Shown here in pieces: positions 35,798 to 45,566 of a stretch of DNA of 64,000 bases; positions within the stretch are counted from its first letter, which is position 1, and each line of letters opens with the position of its first letter. Under the pieces are notes generated by a model. It ran no database searches. It was not told the origin of the DNA and saw only the letters and a list, made by a program, of their open reading frames with translations. The position numbers were made by a program, and so were the translations under genes. Origin of the DNA: Cladosporium halotolerans (taxonomy: Eukaryota); the NCBI RefSeq assembly GCF_011745625.1, contig NW_027191490.1, forward strand, positions 62,001 to 126,000, read 5' to 3'.

Positions 35798-38700
35798 ATG
35801 ACTACAACCGCAGCGAGGCATGGGTCTGTTCGGGTATCCCAGGACCTAGCCGCCTCACGAGTCTCGATCGCTGGCGACAATGAGAGCCATCGTCAGTCTC
35901 TCGCAGACACAGACATTCGTCAGAATATCGCGGACACAACACTTGACCCAGCTCATCCCCGAGAGTGGAAACCTTCCAACGGAACTCTTTCGAAATCAGT
36001 ATACCAACAATTGCTCGGATTGAACCCCTTCAAGAGCTCTTTCTTGAGTCTGTACCGCAATCTGGAAACCAAAGCGGAATGTGGCACTGCGATCGCCGGC
36101 GCTGTGCTGGCTGCTGCCGCTGGTGTGCCACTGCCAATCATGTTTGTTATCTTTGGAAAGATTATCAACTCATTCCCACCTGAAGAGAATGAGCTGGAAA
36201 CGAGAATCGGCCAGCTGCTCGGAGTCGCTGCAGCGTACTTTGTAATCACGACGATTTACATGTCAGCTTTTGGTAGGGTGGGCGAGAAGATCGCAATCAA
36301 CTTACGCGAAAAGCTGCTGCGGTGCCTCTTGAGTCTTGATCAAGCCTACTACGACACTCATGATCTCGACGTGACCTCACTGTTGACGGCCAAGATCGAG
36401 ACAATCCAGGTCGGCACCTCCGAAAAGGTCGGCATCTTTATTCAGTCACTTGGATACTTCGTCGCTGCTTCCATCGTTGGCTTCATCCTCAATGCGAAGC
36501 TCACCGGTATCCTACTTGCTGCAGTCATCCCCGCAATGATAATAATTGTCGCCACTGGATCAGCATGGGTATCAAGGCTATCGAAGCGGCTTTCAGCTTG
36601 CACTGAACAAGCAAATGGCGTCTTGGAATCTGCGCTGAGATCAGTGAAGGTGGTCCAGGCGTTCGATTTCGAAGAAACGGTCAGCGAGCAACACTCGAAG
36701 CATCTTCAAGAATCCGCGGTGTCTGGTATCCGCAAAGCCATTGTTGCCGCTTCCGTTCTTGGCCTGATGTACTTCGTCGCCTACGCAGCAAACGGCCTAG
36801 CTTTCTATGTCGGAAGCAAAATGACCGAAGATGGCGGAGCAGGCACAGTCTATGCCGTCTGCCTTCTCATTCTGGACGCGTCTTTCGTGGTTGGGCAGTT
36901 TGCACCTTTCCTTGAGATGTTCGCACGTGCCGCGAGTGCTGGCGAGGAGATCAAGGATCTCATCGATCTTGCGAAGCAATCTAGCAGAGAGCGCAATGTA
37001 AATGGCGAACAAATCGACATTCACGGACAGGAGATCCAGTTCGCGGACGTTGAGTTCGCCTACCCTGCACGCGCTACCGTCAAGATCCTCCGTGGTCTCT
37101 CCCTTGGCTTCGCACCTGGGACCTTCAACGCTATTGTCGGCACTTCTGGAGGCGGCAAGTCCACCGTTGTGTCTCTATTGACAAAAATTTACGGCGATTA
37201 CCGTGGTCGGATTCGAATCGGCGACAATGAGCTCCGCGACCTGGACGTCGATCATCTGCGCTCACAAGTCTCTGTCGTAGAACAAGACTCGATTCTCTTT
37301 TCAGGCTCCATATACGAAAACATCTGCCACGGCTTAGGACGCCAAGATCTCTCGCCCGAAGAGCAACGGACTCGTTGCAAAGAAGCTGTCAGAGCTGCCG
37401 CCATTGACTTCATCGATGACCTGCCTCAAGGCCTTGACACAGTTATCGGAAACAGCTTGCAGCTGTCAGGTGGACAGAAGCAACGCATCTGCCTGGCTCG
37501 AGCTTTGATCAAGAATCCTGCGATCTTGATCTTGGATGAGCCCACCAGCGCTCTTGATGCGAGAAGCGAGACTTTGGTTGCGCAGACGGTGAAGAAGGTC
37601 GCCGGCAACGGCACGACTGTCATTATGATTGCACACCGTCTGTCAACGGTCTTAAACGCAGACCAGATCGTAGTCATCAGCGACGGCAAGGCCGTCGAAT
37701 CTGGCGCGCCTACTGCATTGGCGACACCTGGTACCATCTTCAACGGCTTGCTCGAGGCTCAGGGAATGTCCTCCGCCTGGACTGAAGACAAAAAGTCCGC
37801 TCTGATTGATGAGAAGCATGACATCCAGGAGAAAGAGACAACCTCCAGCATCATTTCAAGTGAATCCGTCGACGAGAGCCAACCGGAGGAGGTGTCTCCG
37901 ACAAATTTCGAGCTGGCACACAAAGTACTGCGCCTACTCAAACCAGATGCGCCTATCCTACTCCTGGGCTTTGCATTTTCCGTGGTGGGAGGTGCCATTA
38001 TCATTGGCGAAGCCATCGCCTTCGGTAATCTCATTCAACTCCTTAACGACAACGCACGCGGCGGAGCGGGTCTGCGCTCTCAGATTGAGTTCTACTGTTT
38101 GATCTTCTTCATCCTATCTTGCATCGCGCTTGTATGCTACACTGGAAGTGGAAGTTCTTTTGGCATTGCTTCCACCCGCTTGACTGGGCGGGTCCAGAGC
38201 GCTCTTCTTCGGAACACTTTGCGTCAGGACATGGCCTGGTTCTCAGCGCCCGGAAGGTCTCTCCACGAACTGATGGCTCGCATCAATTCCGACGCCGGCA
38301 ACCTTGCAGCACTTTCCGGTGTCGTTACCGGCACGCTTTTCGCAATTGCAACATCCATGATCGGAGGCCTGACTCTCGCCCTTGTGGTGGCTTGGCGTAT
38401 AGCCGTTGTCTTGATGAGCTGTGTCCCGGTTCTTGTCACAGCGGGATACTTGAGGCTTCGTGTCTTGACCAAATCAGAAGAACATCATCGTACATCCTAT
38501 AACAAAGCTGCGAGTCTTGCCGCCGAGAGCTGCAGGAACATGCGTACGATTTCGATCTTAGGTCTCGAGGACAACGTACTACGACGATACGAGAAGGCGC
38601 TCGAGGGTCCCTACAAGAGCGGGCTCCGCTTCACTTTCGCGTCGAATGCATTGCTTGCTTTTTCGTTCGCAATTACCTACTTCGTGTATGCGCTGGCCTA

Positions 38701-39724
38701 CTGGTGGGGCGCTAAGAACGTTCGCGAGGGCTACTACAACCCTGTCGACTTTTTCATCGTCCTGCCAGCCCTATTGTTCTCGGCGCAGGGCGCTGGCCAA
38801 GCGTTCAGCTTGACGCCCGAGATCACTCGCGCTCGATCTGCAGCCAAGAGCATTTGCATGATGCTTGACATGCGACCTACGATCCTGAAAGTGGAGGATG
38901 CGCAGAAGTCGGACGACGAATCTTCTACGCGATCGTCGGTCGACGAGTGCGTGGCTAGCAAGAGGCCTGCTGTCGCGACTCCGAAGATTCACCTCGACAA
39001 CGTCACATTGCAGTACAAGACTGATGGCAGCAAGCCCGCGCTGCGCAATGTGACATTCTCGGTCCAAGAAGGCGAGAACGTCGCTCTTGTGGGACCTTCA
39101 GGAGCGGGCAAGTCTTCCACTATTGCGTTGCTCGAGCGCTTCTATGATGCCGCTGAGGGACAAGTTGCCGTCGACGGCGTTAATGTGTGCAACATCGACG
39201 CCCGAAAGCTTCGCAGTCGCATCAGTCTGGTTCCGCAAGAGCCGGAACTATTCCCTGGCTCCATCGCATACAACGTCAAGCTTGGTGCTAGCCGCGGCCA
39301 GAACGTCACTCAAGAAGACGTGGAGGAGGTGTGCCGGCGGTGCGGCCTACACGACTTCATCGTCAGTCTTCCGGAGGGCTACACGACCGACTGCGCCTCG
39401 AACGGCGTGACCAAATTGTCTGGCGGTCAGAGGCAGCGTCTGGCGATCGCGCGAGCAATGATCAGAAACCCAGAGATCTTGCTACTCGATGAGCCCACGA
39501 GTGCGCTGGACGCACACAGCGAACGCATGGTGCAGGAATCATTGGCCACCGCATCGGCTGGCCGCACTACCATCACGGTCGCTCATCGGCTGGCGAGCAT
39601 CCAGCACATGGATCGTATTATCGTTTTTGAGATGGGCTCTATCGTTGAGATGGGCACCCACCGGGAGTTGATGGAGAACGGCGGGTTGTATGCCAGCATG
39701 GCGAAGGCGCAATCGGTTGCTTAG
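35798..39724 (+). CDS. Full-length ABCB (MDR/P-glycoprotein-like) transporter
   Basis: Two TMD-NBD halves; GTSGGGKS and GPSGAGKS Walker A; LSGGQKQR and LSGGQRQR signatures; ILILDEPTSALD and ILLLDEPTSALD; start codon uncertain (35738 or 35798). Confidence 0.93.
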   Translation: MTTTAARHGSVRVSQDLAASRVSIAGDNESHRQSLADTDIRQNIADTTLDPAHPREWKPSNGTLSKSVYQQLLGLNPFKSSFLSLYRNLETKAECGTAIAGAVLAAAAGVPLPIMFVIFGKIINSFPPEENELETRIGQLLGVAAAYFVITTIYMSAFGRVGEKIAINLREKLLRCLLSLDQAYYDTHDLDVTSLLTAKIETIQVGTSEKVGIFIQSLGYFVAASIVGFILNAKLTGILLAAVIPAMIIIVATGSAWVSRLSKRLSACTEQANGVLESALRSVKVVQAFDFEETVSEQHSKHLQESAVSGIRKAIVAASVLGLMYFVAYAANGLAFYVGSKMTEDGGAGTVYAVCLLILDASFVVGQFAPFLEMFARAASAGEEIKDLIDLAKQSSRERNVNGEQIDIHGQEIQFADVEFAYPARATVKILRGLSLGFAPGTFNAIVGTSGGGKSTVVSLLTKIYGDYRGRIRIGDNELRDLDVDHLRSQVSVVEQDSILFSGSIYENICHGLGRQDLSPEEQRTRCKEAVRAAAIDFIDDLPQGLDTVIGNSLQLSGGQKQRICLARALIKNPAILILDEPTSALDARSETLVAQTVKKVAGNGTTVIMIAHRLSTVLNADQIVVISDGKAVESGAPTALATPGTIFNGLLEAQGMSSAWTEDKKSALIDEKHDIQEKETTSSIISSESVDESQPEEVSPTNFELAHKVLRLLKPDAPILLLGFAFSVVGGAIIIGEAIAFGNLIQLLNDNARGGAGLRSQIEFYCLIFFILSCIALVCYTGSGSSFGIASTRLTGRVQSALLRNTLRQDMAWFSAPGRSLHELMARINSDAGNLAALSGVVTGTLFAIATSMIGGLTLALVVAWRIAVVLMSCVPVLVTAGYLRLRVLTKSEEHHRTSYNKAASLAAESCRNMRTISILGLEDNVLRRYEKALEGPYKSGLRFTFASNALLAFSFAITYFVYALAYWWGAKNVREGYYNPVDFFIVLPALLFSAQGAGQAFSLTPEITRARSAAKSICMMLDMRPTILKVEDAQKSDDESSTRSSVDECVASKRPAVATPKIHLDNVTLQYKTDGSKPALRNVTFSVQEGENVALVGPSGAGKSSTIALLERFYDAAEGQVAVDGVNVCNIDARKLRSRISLVPQEPELFPGSIAYNVKLGASRGQNVTQEDVEEVCRRCGLHDFIVSLPEGYTTDCASNGVTKLSGGQRQRLAIARAMIRNPEILLLDEPTSALDAHSERMVQESLATASAGRTTITVAHRLASIQHMDRIIVFEMGSIVEMGTHRELMENGGLYASMAKAQSVA

Positions 39725-40235
39725 CGTTCAGCACCTTCACAAAAGTCCGTCAATTTTCCCACGATCATCTATAGTTCTCCTTCGTCAACGACTCGTGTTG
39801 CCGCCGGCGCTCGTTTCCGTCGTATTCGAATAGGTCCTTCACATATTGTGATTTGAGCCCAACTCTCCGGTCGTCCGTAGCAGTCAGGCCGCTGATCCGT
39901 CCGTCTCGCCCGATCTTCAGCCATACAGCCAAACCCAAGCTTCCGAGGCTTCTTCTCGAGCCTGCCGCTGCAGGGTTCATCAACACGCCCCGCTAAAGGC
40001 ACCTGCGCCAATGTGGAGCTGACAGCTGTTCAAGATCGGCACGCTGGCCAGTAGTGCCTCCTGCGCCCGCAGCGCGTCCGCACCGCAGGAGATTCGGAGC
40101 ACACCAACACCAGCAGGGTGCTGCAGCGCTGCCAACGCCGCCGATCTGATTTCTTCGCAAGCGGTGCAACCGCCGAGGGAGTCCGTGTCGGCAGGGACCC
40201 CGTAACGCTGCTCGCCTAGCACGGCCTGGAAGCGG

Positions 40236-40935
40236 ATCTGATAACTTTTTCTCAACCTCAAGCGATTCCTGTTTCTCCCTAGGCGCGGGCCTGGCGCTCA
40301 ATCAGCGCCCCGTACCCTGGCGCACTGGGGCGCGACGCGTGCCATTGCAATGTCACACATCCCGCTGATCTGCCTTCACGTGCCCCCCATGCCTCGCAAC
40401 GGCCTGCCACGCTGCTCCAGGTACATTGCGTGGCAGTGTTTGGTCGCAAGAAATCGCTCCTTAGCCTGCGTCATCACTCTGCACCCGTCGACAGATTTTT
40501 CCGCGGCTCCCACCGTGGCTGGCGCCCTGCATGGACTGCGGGTCAGATAAGATTGCCAAGGGCGACGGTGGCTGCTCCTCCGACGTGTTCTGGGTCTGCG
40601 CCCGGGCTAGTTGGGCATGTTGTGCCTGAAGGTTTGATCGCGTTGCCTGGATCGCCTGCTTCGCTGACGACAGGACGGCCCTAGACAAACGGCGGGCCGA
40701 GCAAGGTACAGCAGCCTCGCTCACGAACACGCCATGAAACAATCGGTGCGCTGCGATGGGGTTTGCCCAACGTAAACATTCCCAGGGCTTGCTAGCTGAC
40801 GGAGTGGCTCGATTTTCTGCTCCTGCCCTTGCACGCCGAAATCGGATAGGCAGGCTCGTTAGTGGTGAAAGTCACTGTTGTATTCTCGCTATCAAAAAAT
40901 ACCTCCGCCACCTTCTCTCTCGATCTTTATCAGAT
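40236..40935. promoter_or_regulatory. SreA-type GATA elements in the sidA promoter
   Basis: ATCTGATAA 40236-40244, GTCAGATAA 40542-40550, TTATCAGAT 40927-40935. Confidence 0.75.
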
Positions 40936-41018
40936 CCGAGGCCGTACCCGCTTGACATACATCACGTCAACACCACCACCACCCCGGCCTTTGGTCTCTC
41001 GATTCACCAAGCGCAACG

Positions 41019-42560
41019 ATGTCACCACATGCCGTCCCGCTGACTCCCACACGTAGTAACGGCAGCGGAAACAACATGAACGGTCACGTTTCTCAGACAA
41101 ACGGGCATCGTGCCAGCCGCCAGGCCGTCCCAAGCTCGCACCTGCAGCGCTTCCCTGACAGTGAGGTGCAGGATCTCGTATGTGTTGGATTCGGACCCGC
41201 TTCGCTTGCCATCGCCGTCGCATTGCACGATGCGATTGACAAGGGAGATGCAGCTCTTGGTACATCCACGCCTAAGGTGCGGTTCTTGGAGCGTCAGCAA
41301 CAATTCGCGTGGCACGCCGGAATGCTTCTTCCTGGAGCAAAGATGCAGATCACTTTCATCAAAGACATGGCTACTTTCCGCGATCCGAGAAGCGAGTTTA
41401 CGTTCCTCAACTATCTGCATGAGAACGGAAGACTCGTCTCGTTCACCAACCTTGGCACCTTCCTCCCGCAACGTATCGAATATGAGGATTACATGCGCTG
41501 GTGTGCCGAGCACTTCGAGGAGGTTGTCGAATACGGCCAGGACGTTACCTCCGTTGATGTCAGCCGTACCAACCCTCAGACCGGTGCTGCCGAGGAGTTC
41601 AAGGTCACATCAACTGACCAAACCACCGGCCGCCAGACCACCACCCGCGCGAAGCACGTCGTGATCGCTGCTGGTGGACGTCCTAGCATCCCCAAACAAA
41701 TCCCCGCCAACCACCCTCGGGTCATCCATAGTTCGCAGTACGCTACCCACATCGATCAAATCTTCCCTCCCGGCCAGGGACCGAGATCCGTTGCTGTCAT
41801 CGGCGGCGGTCAGAGCGCAGCGGAATGCTTCCACAACATCCACTCGCGGTACCCCGGCTGCAAGTCAAACCTCATCATCCGTGGCGCTGCTTTGAAACCC
41901 AGCGACGACTCACCCTTCGTCAACGAGATCTTCGACCCCGAGCGTGTTGACGACATTTGGGCTCAGGACCCCGTCCTTCGCGCCGAGGCCATCGCCCGCG
42001 ACAAGGCCACCAACTACGGTGTTGTCCGCATCGAGCTGCTCGAGGAGATCTACACCGCTATGTACACGCAAAGAATCCTGTACGACTCGGAGGATGACTG
42101 GCCCCAGCGCATCCTCAACCACCGCACCATCGACAACGTAGAGGAGCTGCCCGGCTCAGGCAAGGCGCCTCTCCGTCTCCACATCCGCAACGAAACCTCC
42201 ACTTTCAGCGCTGCCAAGAAGCCCACCCATGAGACGCTCGATGTCGATCTCGTCGTCGTCGCCAGCGGATACGTTCGCAACGCTCACGAGGAGATGCTGA
42301 GGAACGTCCGCCATCTGATGCCTGGCGGCGATCAGGATTCCGAGAAGCGCTGGTCCGTCAACCGCAATTACAAGGTGCAGACTGCCGACGGTGCCGTTGC
42401 TCCTGACGCCGGTCTGTGGCTGCAAGGATGCAATGAGAAGACGCACGGTCTCAGCGATTCTCTGCTCTCCATCCTTGCTGTCCGTGGTGGCGAGATGGTG
42501 GAGAACATCTTTGGCTCGGAGCAGCAGGCCGACTACGGTGCGGTGGCTGAGGTTCAGTGA
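41019..42560 (+). CDS. sidA: L-ornithine N5-monooxygenase
   Basis: DLVCVGFGPASLAIA FAD motif, FAWHAGMLL, MQITFIKD, VIGGGQSAAE NADPH motif, DDSPFVNEIF, TNYGVV, THGLSDSLLS. Confidence 0.97.
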   Translation: MSPHAVPLTPTRSNGSGNNMNGHVSQTNGHRASRQAVPSSHLQRFPDSEVQDLVCVGFGPASLAIAVALHDAIDKGDAALGTSTPKVRFLERQQQFAWHAGMLLPGAKMQITFIKDMATFRDPRSEFTFLNYLHENGRLVSFTNLGTFLPQRIEYEDYMRWCAEHFEEVVEYGQDVTSVDVSRTNPQTGAAEEFKVTSTDQTTGRQTTTRAKHVVIAAGGRPSIPKQIPANHPRVIHSSQYATHIDQIFPPGQGPRSVAVIGGGQSAAECFHNIHSRYPGCKSNLIIRGAALKPSDDSPFVNEIFDPERVDDIWAQDPVLRAEAIARDKATNYGVVRIELLEEIYTAMYTQRILYDSEDDWPQRILNHRTIDNVEELPGSGKAPLRLHIRNETSTFSAAKKPTHETLDVDLVVVASGYVRNAHEEMLRNVRHLMPGGDQDSEKRWSVNRNYKVQTADGAVAPDAGLWLQGCNEKTHGLSDSLLSILAVRGGEMVENIFGSEQQADYGAVAEVQ

Positions 42561-43096
42561 GTGGCATATGAAGGATGTATTTAAAAGGAAGAGAGGGACG
42601 GGTCGGGCGGCGTATTCCCCAATCACCAAAATTTCATTTATCTCTGCAGATATACAGCGACGACAAAAGAAAAGTCCTAATGTTCATACGTTTGCCTTGC
42701 CTTTTAGGCGCAGGCCGAGCAGTTATTGTCCGTTCACTGATGTGCGTTACCTGTGTTATCTGAAGCAAAACGAATCCGAGTCACCAGCTCGTACTTGCCA
42801 TCTAGCTGCCCTGTTCCCATTACGAGGAAGGCGCCCGAAGCACGACAACGTCGAACCTGGCTTCCGTCACCATCCGCTCACTCAATCACCCATCACATGG
42901 CAGTCCCTCCACTCTTCTCTGCGCAACAACCCCAATCATCCCGCTACCGTATCTCATCACTCATTTCATCCCATCATTCGACGCCCATCAGCATCCCTTG
43001 CCACGGCCGACAGCCCGACCTGAAGACTCCATTTCCGGCTTTTCTTCTCTCTCACGGACCTCGCTTTCCGGCCGGCCCTCTCTCGTTGCCAACATA

Positions 43097-43438
43097 ATGG
43101 ATCCCTTCACCATCATGATCACCATCTCCAGCACGTCCATCGCCATCCTCATCGCGCAGTTTGTCCAGCGCCGCCTCGACTTGAGTCGAACAGACGATGG
43201 CAACAAGTATTTCCGCGGGAGGCAGAAGCTCAAGCAGAAACTCTCGACCAAGGGCAAGAGGCAGAGGCTGAGGGTTTGTCGATCTGGACATCAGTTGGAT
43301 GGGGTCAGGTGGAGTCAGGAAAATGGCGTTGTAGAAGGGGTGAGGACGGGTGGGAAGAAGGTTGGGAAGAGGAGGTGGAAGGTGAGGAAGGAGGCTGGGG
43401 ACCCGGTTATTGGGACTGCTGGGGCGACATCTTTTTGA
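43097..43438 (+). CDS. Hypothetical small basic protein with N-terminal hydrophobic anchor
   Basis: ATG ORF MDPFTIMITISSTSIAILIAQF followed by K/R-rich region. Confidence 0.4.
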   Translation: MDPFTIMITISSTSIAILIAQFVQRRLDLSRTDDGNKYFRGRQKLKQKLSTKGKRQRLRVCRSGHQLDGVRWSQENGVVEGVRTGGKKVGKRRWKVRKEAGDPVIGTAGATSF

Positions 43439-44160
43439 CCTGAGAAACTGGACGTGTTCCTAAGATCGATTGATCGGTGATGTGTCGTTTGCTCTCTCGA
43501 ATGAAGAGACATACGACACTGGCTCGGCGTGTTCGGCTTGTATGCGAAGCTATTGGTGGACAAACAATGCGCACCCATGATGATGATACTGTTCGACGAG
43601 GTGTCTTGCGACTCGTGGCGGTCTTACTCTCTCATCTTCTGCAACCACCAGCGATGTTTCCAGATTTCATTGGAAGCATTCGCGACTTGCCACTGGATTT
43701 TCTGAGAGCCGGACACGAATGGAACAGTGCGCTCGGAGTATCATGGTCCTTATGGAACGACACCAGCCAGTCAACGCCATCATTGATATGCGACGCTCGC
43801 CTGGTGCCTCCCAACGCGCAGGCTGATCAAAGAAGCTTCGTGGAAACTCGCTGAATTGGCGGCTCGGAAGATGTTACTCAGTGAGGTGGTCGTTGACGGA
43901 CGACTCGTGCCACTTCCTTCGCACGAGACGAATATGCAGTGGAATGTTGGTGGGTTATGGAGTCTGCGAACGACGGAACACCATCAGGATTGGCAATGGC
44001 GATGTGGTGGAGAGGCCGGGCGAGCTCTTCGCACGCTTTGAAAACCCTCATGTGGCGGTTAGGGAGGTGTGCCCGGTGTACACTTGAAAAGTAATTCTCA
44101 TTACTGCGAACTCATTTATCCGTCTCGTACACCCGCATGATTCCAATTGTCAACCGTCTC

Positions 44161-45243
44161 TTAGTATTCATAGAATCCCTTGCCCGACTTCTTTCCAAGC
44201 CAACCGGCGTCAACCATCTGCCGCAGCCTGACCGCAGGCCTGTACTTGGAATCTCCAAGCCCCGAGTGCAGCACCTCCATAATGCTCAAGCACGTGTCCA
44301 GCCCAATAAAGTCCGCCAGCTGCAGCGGGCCCATCGGCACGTTCGTCCCGTTCTTCATGATCGCGTCGATGCTGTCCCTGTCGCCGACGCCTGTCTCCAG
44401 CGCGATGATCGCCTCGTTGATGTACGGCATCAAAATGCGGTTCGCCAGGAAGCCCGGCGAGTCGGCCGACAACGAGGGGATCTTGCCCATGCGCTTGCAG
44501 AACTCGAGGGCTGTCGCGAGCGTCGCGGGCGAGGTCTGCAGGCCGGTGATGATCTCGACGCCTTTCTGGACGGGCACGGGGTTCATGAAGTGCGTGCTGA
44601 GCACGCGGCTGCTGGCGGAGAGGTCGGTGGGGTCTTTGCTCGTCGCGGCGGCGATGCGCGTGATGCTTATGGAGGAGGTGTTGGTTGCGAGGACGGCGTG
44701 AGAGGGGCAGATGTGGGCGAGGTCCGAGAAGATCTTAAGCTTGAGGTCGAGGATCTCGGGCACGGCTTCGATGACCATGTCGACGTCGTTCAAGTCGTCG
44801 GTCTTGGTGGTGGGAGTAAGACGGGCGCGGGCGGTGTCGGCGTCAGACTGGCTGATCTTTTCCTTGCTGACATCTTTGGCGAGGAGCTTGTCTGTTCTTT
44901 CATTAGATAGGCTGTTTTGGTGGTTTGGCTGCCGTTTAGGGCATACCGGCAAATGCAAGGCCCTTGTCCAGTGACTTTTGGCTGTTGTCTACTACTGTTA
45001 CGGGGACACCAGCTGCTCTAGCTGCGACGAGTGCTATTCCCAGGCCCTTTGCTAGCGTTAGCTCCCATTTTCTAAGCATCCATCTCGTGATTTCGAGCAC
45101 ACCATCTGTCCTGCACCGATCACACCAAGCTTCTTGATCTCAGCAGGTTGTGTCTCCGCCAGCCTCGGACGACTGGAGCTGAACTGGCGGCATGATGAGC
45201 GGACGGCATGCCTCGAGAGGCTTCTTGAGACAGTGCTGAACAT
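44161..45243 (-). CDS. Mitochondrial 3-hydroxybutyryl/3-hydroxyacyl-CoA dehydrogenase
   Basis: Presequence MFSTVSRSLSRH; GVIGAGQMG, VIEAVPE, TNTSSISI, HFMNPVP, PGFLANR, PMGPLQLADFIGLD, GKKSGKGFYEY; two introns. Confidence 0.92.
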
Positions 45244-45566
45244 TGTCGAATCCACTCGCACAGGAAAAAGGAGGTGAGAATGGTATTGGAAGGCACACAG
45301 TAGCAGCAGCGTGTCAATGTTGGCACTTCCAGCATCGGCTTAAGCCTCCCAGATTCGCGACAACTCGGCCTACTCACATGTGCCGAGGTCTGTCAAGCTC
45401 GCCGAGCGATGACATGGGGCCGGGCTGAGCTCTGCGCACGTCGGCGTTCCCCTCAGCCCGACACGCGCCGCGTCGCGTCTCCCCAGAATTGGCCGTAAAT
45501 TGATCTGCTGCCCCTCGTGTTGGAGGGCGAGACGAAGAGATCATACCGTCATTCGCGCTCGCAGTC

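Noticed and set aside
44161..45243. 3-hydroxyacyl-CoA dehydrogenase as acyl-donor supplier for the siderophore
   Set aside because: Mitochondrial presequence, ordinary conserved enzyme, promoter shared with TOF1 and no SreA motif seen
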